A DNA stretch of 34,971 nucleotides from Acidobacteriota bacterium (GCA_021827785.1 JAKAUF010000154.1:1-34971); one strand, 5' to 3'; positions 17,075 to 26,293 are shown, counted from the stretch's first letter. The notes: generated by a model from the letters alone, not told the origin. Numbers and translations: made by a program.

Positions 17075-17797
17075 ATGACTCTTTCGACTCCCACCGTGCA
17101 GGTGGTCGCACCCGAGACGTTCGGCGCCACCGCCGCCGAGCATATCGCCGCCACGCTGCGGGTAAAACCGGATGCCGTCCTCGGTCTGCCCACGGGCAAC
17201 ACGCCGGTTCCCGTCTATGCAGCGCTGCTGGCCCGCCGCGACGTGAATTTCTCCCGCGCCCGGGTCGCCATGCTGGATGAATATTTGGGGGCCGGCGACC
17301 GCCCCATCAGCTTTTATCAATGGCTGCGCTCCCACTTTCTGGCCGCCGCCGCGATCGCGCCGGAGCGGATCCTGCGCATGCCATCGGATCCCGAAGGCAT
17401 AGCCGCGGCTTGCGCCGCCTACGATCGCCAACTGGAGCAGTGGGGCGGCTGCGACCTGCAACTGCTCGGCCTAGGCCTAAATGGCCATATCGGCTTCAAC
17501 GAACCCGGCTCTTCGGGCGATTCCGCAACCCGCGTGGTGCCGCTGAGCGCGAGCACCCGCGATGCCAACGAAGAGTATTGGCAGGGCGAGGAGGTGCCCG
17601 AGTTCGGCGTCACCACGGGCATAGGGGTCATTCTCCGCGCCAAACGGATCATCTTGCTGGTGAATGGCGCGCGCAAAGCGGCTACGCTGCGCCAAGCGCT
17701 CGATGGGCCGATCGGCCCAGACTGCCCCGCCAGCTTCCTGCGCCGGCACCGGGATGTGCTGGTGCTGGCGGACCGCGCGGCCGCCGGCCAAGATTAG
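17075..17797 (+). CDS. nagB: Glucosamine-6-phosphate deaminase
   Basis: LGLPTGNTP, MLDEY, LLGLGLNGHIGFNEPG, CPASFL. Start is ATG 17072 or 17075, just after TGcTATGCT. Confidence 0.9.
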   Translation: MTLSTPTVQVVAPETFGATAAEHIAATLRVKPDAVLGLPTGNTPVPVYAALLARRDVNFSRARVAMLDEYLGAGDRPISFYQWLRSHFLAAAAIAPERILRMPSDPEGIAAACAAYDRQLEQWGGCDLQLLGLGLNGHIGFNEPGSSGDSATRVVPLSASTRDANEEYWQGEEVPEFGVTTGIGVILRAKRIILLVNGARKAATLRQALDGPIGPDCPASFLRRHRDVLVLADRAAAGQD

Positions 17798-17931
17798 GCG
17801 GCTCTGCGTTCCACGGTTTGGACGGCCCGCCGCGGGCGCACCGCCGGCTGAGCTACGGCGGCGGCTGCGCCGCAGCCGCTGCCTCCCTTGGCTCCCGGCG
17901 CACATGCATGCAGGCGCGTGGGCAGGCGAAG

Positions 17932-19305
17932 TTAGGCGGACTGCGCCGCCGCCGCGAAAAAGCGGATCACCGTGGCGACCGCCTGTTGCAAGTTCGCCAG
18001 CGGCAGCTTCTCGTTCGGCCCGTGGGCGCCGCAATCCGCGGTGGCGAAGCCCATTAGCACCACGGGAGCATCCAGCGTTTGGGCGAACAAAGCGGCAATC
18101 GGAATGGAGCCGCCGGAACGCACCAGCACCGGCGGCCGGCCGTAGGTTTGCTCAAGCGCTTGCGCCGCGGCGCGCAGATAGCGGTTTTCGCTTTCCACCA
18201 GCACCGGCTCGGCCGTATGCAGAATTTCGACCTCCAGCGTGAATCCCGCCGGCGTCAACTCCCGCACGCGCCGCTCGAAGGCCGCCGCCACCGCCGCCGG
18301 CGCCTGGGCCGGCGCCAGCCGCATGCTGATTTTGGCCGCTGCGCGCGCGGGGATCACGGTTTTGGCGCCAGCGGCGGTAAATCCGCCGGCAATGCCGTGC
18401 ACCTCCAACGTGGGCCGCGCCCAAACCCGTTCTAGCGGCGTATATTCCAATTCGCCACTCAACGCCGCCGCCCTGACCTCTTCCCGCCGGTAGCGTTCCG
18501 CATCGAATGGCAACCGCGCCCAATCCGCGGCCTCGGCGGCGCTGGGTGGAAGCAGTGCATCATAGAATCCCGGAATCAGGATTCTGCCGCCGGCATCCTT
18601 TAGGCCGCAGATGATGCGCGCCAACGCCTCCAGCGGATTCGGCGCCACGCCGCCGTACAAACCGGAGTGCAGATCTGCTTCCGCCCCCCGCAAACGCACC
18701 TCGGCGTAGACCATTCCCCGCAAACCCGTGTTGAGAGTGGGCAGGCCGGCGGCAAACTGCGTCGTATCGGTAATCAGCACCGCGTCGCAGCCCAGCGCGG
18801 CGGCATTCCGCCGCACGTAGGCTTCGATGCCTTCACCGCCGACTTCTTCCTCGCCCTCAATCAAGAATCGGAGGTTGACCGGCACCCGTCCCTCGCCGCG
18901 CAAAAAAGCCTCCGCCGCTTGCATCTGCGCATACAGCTGTCCCTTGTCATCCGCCGCCCCGCGGGCATAAATATTGCCGTCCCGCAAAACCGGCATGAAG
19001 GGAGGGCTTTGCCACTCTTCCAGCGGCTCGGCGGGCTGCACGTCGTAATGGCCATAGCACAAAATCGTCGGCGCGCCGGCCACGTGCAGCCAATCCGCAT
19101 AGACCAAAGGATGGCCACCGGTGGGAATCACCACCGCGTGCTCCATCCCCGCCTCGGCCAGATGGCTCCTGACCCATTCCGCCGCGCGCTCCACGTCCGC
19201 CTTGTGCGCGGGCAGCGTGCTCACGCTGGGGATGCGGAGAAATTCCTGCAACTGGTCCCATTGCTGGGCCTGCCGCGCGCTTGCGTATTCCAATGCCGAG
19301 GCCAT
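17932..19305 (-). CDS. M20/M25/M40-family dipeptidase (CNDP/Dug1-like)
   Basis: LRIPSVS, YGHYDVQP, ARGAADDKGQ, EGEEEVG, DLHSGLYGG, GGSIP, HGPNEK. Start ATG 19305. Confidence 0.9.
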   Translation of the reverse strand: MASALEYASARQAQQWDQLQEFLRIPSVSTLPAHKADVERAAEWVRSHLAEAGMEHAVVIPTGGHPLVYADWLHVAGAPTILCYGHYDVQPAEPLEEWQSPPFMPVLRDGNIYARGAADDKGQLYAQMQAAEAFLRGEGRVPVNLRFLIEGEEEVGGEGIEAYVRRNAAALGCDAVLITDTTQFAAGLPTLNTGLRGMVYAEVRLRGAEADLHSGLYGGVAPNPLEALARIICGLKDAGGRILIPGFYDALLPPSAAEAADWARLPFDAERYRREEVRAAALSGELEYTPLERVWARPTLEVHGIAGGFTAAGAKTVIPARAAAKISMRLAPAQAPAAVAAAFERRVRELTPAGFTLEVEILHTAEPVLVESENRYLRAAAQALEQTYGRPPVLVRSGGSIPIAALFAQTLDAPVVLMGFATADCGAHGPNEKLPLANLQQAVATVIRFFAAAAQSA

Positions 19306-19357
19306 ACCTCGGCGACTATACAGCAGGCGGGCCGCGCCATGCATCTCCCCAGCCAGC

Positions 19358-20098
19358 ATGTGCTTGCTCCGCGCCTCCGGCCCGCTTCTCATTCTTGCGG
19401 CCCACCCTGATGATGAAACCGCCGGCGCCGGCGGCTTCGCCGCCCACTGCGCCGCACGCGGGCGTCCGGTGCATGTTCTGTTCCTCACGGACGGCGCGCC
19501 ACGCCAGCGCCAGTATTTCGCCCATGATTTCCGCGGCGGCCGCGCCGCCTACCGCCGCCGGCGCCGCGCCGAAGCCTTGGCCGCCGCCCAGGCCCTGGGC
19601 CTGGCGGCGGTGCGGTTGCACTTCGTTTCCATTCCCGATCTTGAGTTGCGCGATTGCCAGCCTCGGGCCATGGCCCGCCTGCGCGCCGTGGCCCGCGCCT
19701 CCGGCGCGCGCGCTTGGCTGGTTCCAGCCCGGGAAAATGGCCACCCCGATCATGACGCCGCCAACGACGTGGCGCGCCAGGCTTGCCGGCATTGGGCCCG
19801 CGGCGCCACGGTTTGGGAATATCCGCTTTATGCCCGCCACCGCGGCCAGACCCGCTACGCATGGTTCCCTCCGGGCCCGGGCGTCATCCAGTTAGCGCTG
19901 AATCGCGCGGAGCATGCCGCCAAGGTGCAGGCGCTAACGGCGTACCGCAGCCAAAGGGCAACGCTGGCGCCCTTTCTTCCCGTGCCGTCCGTTGAACAAT
20001 TTCGCCCCCTACGCCGCCGTCGGCCACGGCGCCATGCGGTGTGGACCGCTTGGGGTTGGGAACTGCCGCCGGCCACCCGGACATGCGGGCCACCGTGA
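19358..20098 (+). CDS. PIG-L/LmbE-family N-deacetylase
   Basis: AAHPDDE, LTDG, RRAEA, GHPDHD, KVQALTAYRSQ. Start ATG 19358 (approximate). Confidence 0.85.
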   Translation: MCLLRASGPLLILAAHPDDETAGAGGFAAHCAARGRPVHVLFLTDGAPRQRQYFAHDFRGGRAAYRRRRRAEALAAAQALGLAAVRLHFVSIPDLELRDCQPRAMARLRAVARASGARAWLVPARENGHPDHDAANDVARQACRHWARGATVWEYPLYARHRGQTRYAWFPPGPGVIQLALNRAEHAAKVQALTAYRSQRATLAPFLPVPSVEQFRPLRRRRPRRHAVWTAWGWELPPATRTCGPP

Positions 20099-21201
20099 CC
20101 CGGCGCCGCCCGCCGCCGGCGCCGTTGCGGCTGCTCAGCGTCGCCTACGCGCTCACACCGGTTTCTCCCGCCGCATGCGGCGGCACCGAGCAAGTGGCGG
20201 CGCAATTAGCGGCTCTCCATGTCCAATCCCCCTATGTGGAGCGGCTGCGCCTGGTAACGGTCGCCGCCGCGCCCAGCCAACTGCCCGGCCGCGTGGTCCG
20301 CACCAATGCCGGCTATTGGGCCGCCGGCGCGCCTCCCGCGGACGACGCCGCACAGGCGCGATTGGCCGCCGCGCATGATGCCGTGGCCCTCGCCGAACTG
20401 CGCCGCCGCCGCTACGATCTGGTGCATGTGCAAGGCGCCAGCTTCCACCGCCACGCCGCCGCCTTGGCGCTGCCCTGCCTGTGGACGGTCCATCTGCCCT
20501 TGTCGCAGTACCCGCCAGAGGCGTTCGCGGCGCCACCGTGCAATCTCTTCTTTCAGGCGGTCAGCCGCACGCAGCACCGCAGGCTGCACCGCGCCTTGCC
20601 TCCCCCCGCACGGCCGCGCCTACGCGGCTACATCGCCAATGGCGTGGACTTGGACCGCTATCGCCCGGGAGAACCGCCGGGCTCGTATTTGCTGGTGCTC
20701 GGCCGCATCTGCCCGGAGAAAGCCCCGCACCTGGCGATTGCCCTGGCCCGCCGTCTGCATCGGCGGCTGGTGATTGCGGGAACGGTCTATCCATTTCCGG
20801 CGCATCAGGAATATTTCCGCCGGCGGATTGCGCCGTATTTGGGCGGCGACGTGCGGTGGCTGCCGGCGTTGACCCGGGCGCAGAAGATCACCTGGCTGCA
20901 ATCGGCGGCGGCCCTGGTCATTCCCTCCCAGGCGGAAGAAACCAGTTCGCTGGTGGCCATGGAAGCCGCCGCTTGCGGCCGTCCGGTCCTGGCCTGGCGC
21001 AGCGGCGCGTTACCGGAGGTCGTACGCTCCGGCGTCACCGGCTGGGTGGGCGATTCCCTCGATGCCCTCGCCGCCGCCGCCGCCCGGCTCGGCCAAATCC
21101 GCCCCGCGGCGTGCCGCCGCCACGCCGAGCGCCGTTTCGATGCCCGCCGCATGGCGCGGGAATATTTCGCCCTCTATCAGCGGCTCGCCGCTTCCGCATG
21201 A
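20095..21201 (+). CDS. Glycosyltransferase family 4 (GT-B)
   Basis: GGTEQV, IANGVD, LGRICPEKAPH, EETSSLVAMEAAACGRPV, GALPEVV. GTG overlaps the deacetylase stop (GTGA). Confidence 0.9.
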   Translation: MTRRRPPPAPLRLLSVAYALTPVSPAACGGTEQVAAQLAALHVQSPYVERLRLVTVAAAPSQLPGRVVRTNAGYWAAGAPPADDAAQARLAAAHDAVALAELRRRRYDLVHVQGASFHRHAAALALPCLWTVHLPLSQYPPEAFAAPPCNLFFQAVSRTQHRRLHRALPPPARPRLRGYIANGVDLDRYRPGEPPGSYLLVLGRICPEKAPHLAIALARRLHRRLVIAGTVYPFPAHQEYFRRRIAPYLGGDVRWLPALTRAQKITWLQSAAALVIPSQAEETSSLVAMEAAACGRPVLAWRSGALPEVVRSGVTGWVGDSLDALAAAAARLGQIRPAACRRHAERRFDARRMAREYFALYQRLAASA

Positions 21202-21239
21202 GCCAGCGCCGCCCAAGGTGCGGCTGCTAGGCTGGGAGC

Positions 21240-22025
21240 GTGAGATCTTCCTCGCAACCGGAGACGGCGGTTCCGGAGGCGACGCCGGTTGCGCCCGCTG
21301 CGCCGGCCGGCGCGCCCGCGACGCGGATCCGCATCGTGCTGGTCGGCGCCCGTAATCCCCTCAATATTGGCGCCGCCGCCCGCGCCATGGCCAACTTCGG
21401 CCTGGCGGACCTGGCCCTGGTGCGCCCCTACGGCGAAGCCTGGCGGCGCGCCCGCTCGGCGCGCGCCGGCGCCGCGGTGCTGGCGCAGGCGCGAGTCTTC
21501 GCTTCCCTGCCCGAAGCCATCGCCGATTGCGGCTACGTTATCGGCACCGCGGGCCTGGCCGGCCGCCATCCGGAGATCCCGGTCGCCGATTGGAGCGACC
21601 TCGCCCAACGCCTTCCCGCCACGCGCTGCGCGCTGGTGTTCGGCAGCGAGAAAACCGGCATGACGGTCGCCGACATCGGCTGCTGCCATGTGCTGGCCCA
21701 CATAGATACCGCCCCCGCCGCGCCGTCCATGAACCTAGGCCAAGCCGTCGCCGTCTGCGCCTATGAGTTGCAGCGCCGCCGGGCCACGCCGGCGGCCCCG
21801 GAAGACTCCGCCGCCGACTGGGGCCAGCGCGACCTATTGGTCCGGCAAATCACGCCGGTACTGGAGCACATCGGCGTTTTCCGCCCCCAGCATCGCGCCG
21901 GCCAAATGCGCCGGCTCCGCCGCATGCTGTTGGCGTGGCGCTTGCGCCCGGCCGACATTCGCCTGCTGCTCGGCGTGGCCCGGGAGATGAAGCGGGTCCT
22001 CGGCTTGCCCCGTGACCAACCCTAA
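21240..22025 (+). CDS. trmJ: SPOUT RNA methyltransferase, TrmJ/LasT family
   Basis: RIVLVGARNPLNIGAAARAMANFG, LVFGSEKTG, SMNLGQAVAV. Confidence 0.85.
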   Translation: MRSSSQPETAVPEATPVAPAAPAGAPATRIRIVLVGARNPLNIGAAARAMANFGLADLALVRPYGEAWRRARSARAGAAVLAQARVFASLPEAIADCGYVIGTAGLAGRHPEIPVADWSDLAQRLPATRCALVFGSEKTGMTVADIGCCHVLAHIDTAPAAPSMNLGQAVAVCAYELQRRRATPAAPEDSAADWGQRDLLVRQITPVLEHIGVFRPQHRAGQMRRLRRMLLAWRLRPADIRLLLGVAREMKRVLGLPRDQP

Positions 22026-22050
22026 AAGTTCCGGCCGCATCTAGCCCGGG

Positions 22051-23073
22051 ATGCCGTCTCACGCCTCAGTTCGCCTTGCCGCGCTAAGCGCCGCCCTCGG
22101 CCTGAGCGTGGCGCTGTGCGCCCAAACCGCAGCCGCTCCGGGACAAACGGGCGCCACCAACGGGCAAGGCAGCGAGCAACAACGGGTCAACAACCTGGCC
22201 TACCAGGCGGGCTACGCCAGCGGCCGGTACGACGCCCAGCACAAGCTAGCCTATGGCGTCCAAAACCAACCGCTGTACACGGAAGCCAACCAGGGCTATC
22301 AGCCGGGCTCCGGGCTCAGCCTGACGCAGTACCAAGCCAACTACCGCCAGGGTTTTCAGGCCGGCTACAACGACGGCTATTACGGCCGGGCGCCGCAGCC
22401 CTCCTCCGCCGCGGCCGCCGCGCCCGCCACCAACGCCGCAGCGCCCGCCGCCGCGCCACCCGCCGCGGGCGCACCGCAGGGCGCCGCCGCCGGAACCGTG
22501 CCCGCCGGGACCGTTCTCCACCTGCAATTGCAGAATGCGCTCAGCACGCAAAGCAGCCAGCCCAACCAGCCCTTCTCCGCCACCGTGACCCAACCGGTGC
22601 GGGACGCAGCCGGCAATCTGGTCATCCCCGTCAACAGTGAGGTATTGGGGCGCGTCGGCGCGGTACATGCCGCCACTGGGCTGACCGGTGAATCTACGCT
22701 CCAAATGCAGTTTCAGCAGATCCGTCTGCCCAATGGCCGTACCGCCGCCTTGGAAGCCACCGTGGCGCAGGTCGGGCAGCAAGGCTCCGGCGTGGGCCAG
22801 GCCGTGGGCGGCGTGGTGGAAGGCAAGCCCTCCACCACCAGTGAAGGCCAGGTGCAGCAGAGCCGCACGCGCAGCACCGTGGGCAACGTGGCGGCGGGCG
22901 GCGCCGTCGGCGCGCTGCTCGGCGCCATTTTCGGCGGCGGCAAGGGCGCGGCCATCGGCACGGCCGCCGGCGCGGGGTTGGGCGTATTGCTGGCCAGCAA
23001 ACGCGGCCCGCTGAACCTGCCCGCCGGCACCCCGGTCACCATCCGCCTGAGCCAGCCTGTGTATTTGCAGTAG
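22051..23073 (+). CDS. Exported protein with Tyr/Gly-rich repeat region, TrbI/VirB10-like beta domain and glycine zipper
   Basis: Signal peptide; YQAGY/YRQGFQAGYNDGY motifs; Ala/Pro linker; TVPAGTVLHLQLQNALST...VIPVNSEVLGRV; GGAVGALLGAIFGGGKGAAIGTAAGAGLG; LPAGTPVTIRL. Confidence 0.75.
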   Translation: MPSHASVRLAALSAALGLSVALCAQTAAAPGQTGATNGQGSEQQRVNNLAYQAGYASGRYDAQHKLAYGVQNQPLYTEANQGYQPGSGLSLTQYQANYRQGFQAGYNDGYYGRAPQPSSAAAAAPATNAAAPAAAPPAAGAPQGAAAGTVPAGTVLHLQLQNALSTQSSQPNQPFSATVTQPVRDAAGNLVIPVNSEVLGRVGAVHAATGLTGESTLQMQFQQIRLPNGRTAALEATVAQVGQQGSGVGQAVGGVVEGKPSTTSEGQVQQSRTRSTVGNVAAGGAVGALLGAIFGGGKGAAIGTAAGAGLGVLLASKRGPLNLPAGTPVTIRLSQPVYLQ

Positions 23074-23153
23074 CCGCGGCAGTTGCAGCAGCCGCGCCAG
23101 TTTGCGCCGGCGCCGGCGATCCCGGAGCAGGGACCGAGCTACGTTCTTTTGCT

Positions 23154-23197
23154 CGGCAGGCTGAAGCCTGCCGCACACAGGCTAAAGCCTGTTCCAC
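23154..23197 (-). repeat. Two tandem REP-like palindromes
   Basis: Minus strand GTGGAACAGGCTTTAGCCTGT directly followed by GTGCGGCAGGCTTCAGCCTGCCG; lies between convergent genes. Confidence 0.7.
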
Positions 23198-23245
23198 CTC
23201 GCATAGGCCTCTGCGGACGCGAGCGTAGGAGGCGCGGCGCGGGCG

Positions 23246-24481
23246 TCACCAGGCCAGGGCCGCGCCGAGCACCACTAGCCCCGCCGCCGCCATGCCCACC
23301 GACAGCAGCGCCACCCGCCGCGTGACCGCCTTCTGCTGGGATTGCCGGTACAGCAACGGCAAATTGACCAGCGCGCTGCTGACCGACGATAGCACCGTTG
23401 CCGCCCCGGCAAGCGCAAAGCTGATCCGCCCATGCGCCGCCAGCACCGCCGCCGCCGCCACCGTGCTGGCGCTGCTCACCAGGCCGCCCAGCAAGCTGAC
23501 CAGCAGAAACCCGCCCCCTCCCAAGTACCGCTGCGCCAAGTTCGCCGTCACTTCAATCCCCAAGAACATCACCCCAAACAGCAGCACCCGTCCCAGCGCC
23601 ACCGGCGAACCCAACTCCACATGGGCGCCCTGCCCGGCGCCGTGGCGGTGCGCGCGCCAGGCAAACATCCCGGCCAGCGCCGCCATTACCGCCATGGGCC
23701 CCCAGGCGGTAGCCACGGCGGGCGCGGCGAAAATCGCCAATATGCCCAGGTTGCGCACGAACATCGCCACCGATGTCAGCAGGATCGCCGCCACCGCCAT
23801 CGGCGCCATCCCCGTGCCCGTCCCCAACTCCCGTGACAACTCCACTACCGTCGCCGTGCTGTTCACCAGGCCGCCCAGCCCGGCGGTGTAATACATGCCG
23901 CGGGCGCCGTAGAGCCGCAACAGAATGTAATTCCCAAAGCCGATGCCCGCAATCACCATCACCGCTACCCAAACGTCTCGCGGGTCCACCAGCCGCCAGG
24001 GGTCCACGAATCCCTTGGGCAGCAAAGGATAGATGACCAACGTCAGCAGCCCCAGCAACAAAGCACCGCGAATCTCTTGGATCAGCAGGCGTTCGGCGAA
24101 TCGCGTCAGTTCGGTTTTCCAGGCCAGCAGCGCCGTCATCACGATCGCCGCCGCCACCGGCGCCATCAGGTGTCCCTGGCCGAGGAATACGCCCAGGACA
24201 TAGGTCACCATCAGCGCCACCGACGTGGTGATCTCCAGGCCGCGGCTCACCAGCAGGCTGCGGGCGTTCACGGCGGCGATCAGCAGAAACACTCCGACCC
24301 AGCCGGCGAGCGCGAATCCGGGGCTCAACAGCCAGCACAATGCCCCCAACATCGCGGTCAAGGCAAAGGTGCGTACACCGACTTCCTTGTGCGCCCATTC
24401 CCGCTCCAGGCCCACCAGCAGCCCTACCCCGAGCGCTACCGCCAAGCGCACCGCCGTGGTCACGGGAAAGTTCCAGTCCAT
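23246..24481 (-). CDS. MgtC/SapB-family membrane protein with DUF4010 domain
   Basis: GLLVGLEREW, GVRTFAL, EITTSVA, GGLVNSTAT; many TM helices. Confidence 0.85.
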   Translation of the reverse strand: MDWNFPVTTAVRLAVALGVGLLVGLEREWAHKEVGVRTFALTAMLGALCWLLSPGFALAGWVGVFLLIAAVNARSLLVSRGLEITTSVALMVTYVLGVFLGQGHLMAPVAAAIVMTALLAWKTELTRFAERLLIQEIRGALLLGLLTLVIYPLLPKGFVDPWRLVDPRDVWVAVMVIAGIGFGNYILLRLYGARGMYYTAGLGGLVNSTATVVELSRELGTGTGMAPMAVAAILLTSVAMFVRNLGILAIFAAPAVATAWGPMAVMAALAGMFAWRAHRHGAGQGAHVELGSPVALGRVLLFGVMFLGIEVTANLAQRYLGGGGFLLVSLLGGLVSSASTVAAAAVLAAHGRISFALAGAATVLSSVSSALVNLPLLYRQSQQKAVTRRVALLSVGMAAAGLVVLGAALAW

Positions 24482-24619
24482 AACAGCCCTGGCCTAGCAT
24501 ACTCGGCCCCGGCGCCCGCCCGCAGGGCCAGGGGCCCGCCCCGGGGCTGCCGCCGGCGCCGGCCCCGGCCGGGCGCCGAACCGCTGCCGTCGCATGCTCC
24601 CGCCGGGTATGCTAGGGCC

Positions 24620-25426
24620 ATGGCCGATCGCACCCTAGGCGCGCCTCCGCCGGATTCGGCGCTGAGCCAAGCGCTGAAGCAGTGGCTGTTTTCCTTCCAG
24701 GAATTCTGGCTCCTCACGGCGCAGGCCTTCCGCAACATCGCGGCCACCCCGTTCTACGCCGCCGACACCTTTCTGCAAATGGACTCCATCGGCGTCGGCT
24801 CCCTGCCGATCGTGGTGCTGACCGGCTTTTTCACCGGCGCGGTGATGGCGCTGCAGCTCTCCGCCACGTTGACCGAATATGGCCAAATTGACCGCCTCGG
24901 GCAATTGGTCAGCCTCTCCCTTGTGCTGGAGTTGGGACCGGTGCTCAGCGCCCTCATGATTGGCGCCCGCAATGCCAGCGGCATGGCCTCCGAACTCGGC
25001 TCCATGGTCGTGACCGAGCAGATTGACGCCATGCGCGCCCTGGGCACCGACCCGGTCAAGAAGCTGGTCACCCCACGGCTGATCGCGACCATTGTGATGA
25101 CCTTCTTCCTCACCCTCATCGCCGACATGTGCGGCATCGTCGGCGGCTGGGTCTACGCGGTAATGGGCATTCACATGAACGGCGCGCTCTATTGGTTCTC
25201 CGCCTTCCGCATATTGGACGCCAGCTCCATGATCCAAGGGCTGATCAAACCGCTCATCTTTGGCGGCATCATCGCCACCGTCGGCTGTTATTACGGCATG
25301 AAGGCAAGGGGCGGGACCCAAGGGGTCGGCCGGGCAACCACCCAGGCCGTGGTCTTGGCATCGCTGCTGATCATCATCAGCGACTTTCTCCTCAGCCGCC
25401 TTTTGGTCGGGATCCTAGGCACTTGA
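24620..25426 (+). CDS. mlaE: MlaE-family ABC permease
   Basis: IGVGSLPIV, ELGPVL, ASELGSMVVTEQIDAMRALGTDP, GGTQGVGRATTQAVV. ATG at 24620. Confidence 0.92.
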   Translation: MADRTLGAPPPDSALSQALKQWLFSFQEFWLLTAQAFRNIAATPFYAADTFLQMDSIGVGSLPIVVLTGFFTGAVMALQLSATLTEYGQIDRLGQLVSLSLVLELGPVLSALMIGARNASGMASELGSMVVTEQIDAMRALGTDPVKKLVTPRLIATIVMTFFLTLIADMCGIVGGWVYAVMGIHMNGALYWFSAFRILDASSMIQGLIKPLIFGGIIATVGCYYGMKARGGTQGVGRATTQAVVLASLLIIISDFLLSRLLVGILGT

Positions 25427-26271
25427 GCGGCGCTCCGGCTCAACCCGCATCCGTGCCGTCCGCGGGCGGCGCCGCGACCCCGCCCGGCGACGTCGTGGTG
25501 CGCCTGGAGCATGTCGTGCTCTCCTTCGGCGGCGGCCCGGTGCTGGACGATGTGTCCCTTCAGGTCCGTCGCGGCGAAACCAAGGTGTTGCTGGGCGAGA
25601 GCGGCGCCGGCAAAAGCGTGCTGATGAAGCTGGTTCTCGGCCTGCTCCGCCCCGATCGCGGCCGCGTCTGGGTGTTCGACCAGGAAGTCAGCGCAATGAA
25701 AGAGCAGGCGCTCTACGACCTGCGCCGCAAGATCGGCATGACGTTCCAGGAAAGCGCGCTCTTCGATTCCCTCAGCGTGCGCGACAACGTCGCCTACCGG
25801 CTGGAGGAAGATGGCGTCTTAACCCCCGAGGTGATGGACGAACGCGTGCGCACCTGCCTCAGCTTCGTCAATCTCGACGCGGTCATGGACAAAATGCCGG
25901 CCGAACTGTCCGGCGGCATGCGCCACCGCGTCTCGATCGCCCGCGCCTTGGCCACATCGCCGGAAATCATGCTCTACGACTCCCCCACCGGAGGGCTGGA
26001 CCCGGAGACCGCCACCACCATCATGGATTTGATCATCAAGCTGCGGGATTGCAATCACGTCACTGCGTTGCTCGCCACCCACCGGCTTCAGGACGGCTAT
26101 CTGCTGGCCACGCACGCCTGGGACGATGCGACGCAGACCGCCCGCTGGGCCGCGGAAGGCGCCCGTCACACGTCATTCTTGCTGCTGCGCCAGGGCCGCG
26201 CCATCTTCGACGGCTCCGCCGCCGAACTGCGCCGGGATCCCGACCCCTACGTCCGCGAATTCCTCAGCTAG
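25423..26271 (+). CDS. mlaF: MlaF/Mkl-family ABC ATP-binding protein with atypical Walker B
   Basis: GESGAGKS, FQESALFDSL, LSGGMRHR, MLYDSPTGGLDP, ATH, DPYVREFL. TTG overlaps the mlaE stop; start approximate. Confidence 0.88.
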   Translation: MSGAPAQPASVPSAGGAATPPGDVVVRLEHVVLSFGGGPVLDDVSLQVRRGETKVLLGESGAGKSVLMKLVLGLLRPDRGRVWVFDQEVSAMKEQALYDLRRKIGMTFQESALFDSLSVRDNVAYRLEEDGVLTPEVMDERVRTCLSFVNLDAVMDKMPAELSGGMRHRVSIARALATSPEIMLYDSPTGGLDPETATTIMDLIIKLRDCNHVTALLATHRLQDGYLLATHAWDDATQTARWAAEGARHTSFLLLRQGRAIFDGSAAELRRDPDPYVREFLS

Positions 26272-26293
26272 CGGCCGTGTCCTGCCGCCGTGG

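Noticed and set aside
24493-24616. 10-bp inverted repeat CCTAGCATAC / GTATGCTAGG flanking the DUF4010-mlaE spacer, as possible MITE ends or an invertible switch
   Set aside because: Explained more simply as two divergent TATGCT -10 boxes; no target duplication or recombinase seen.
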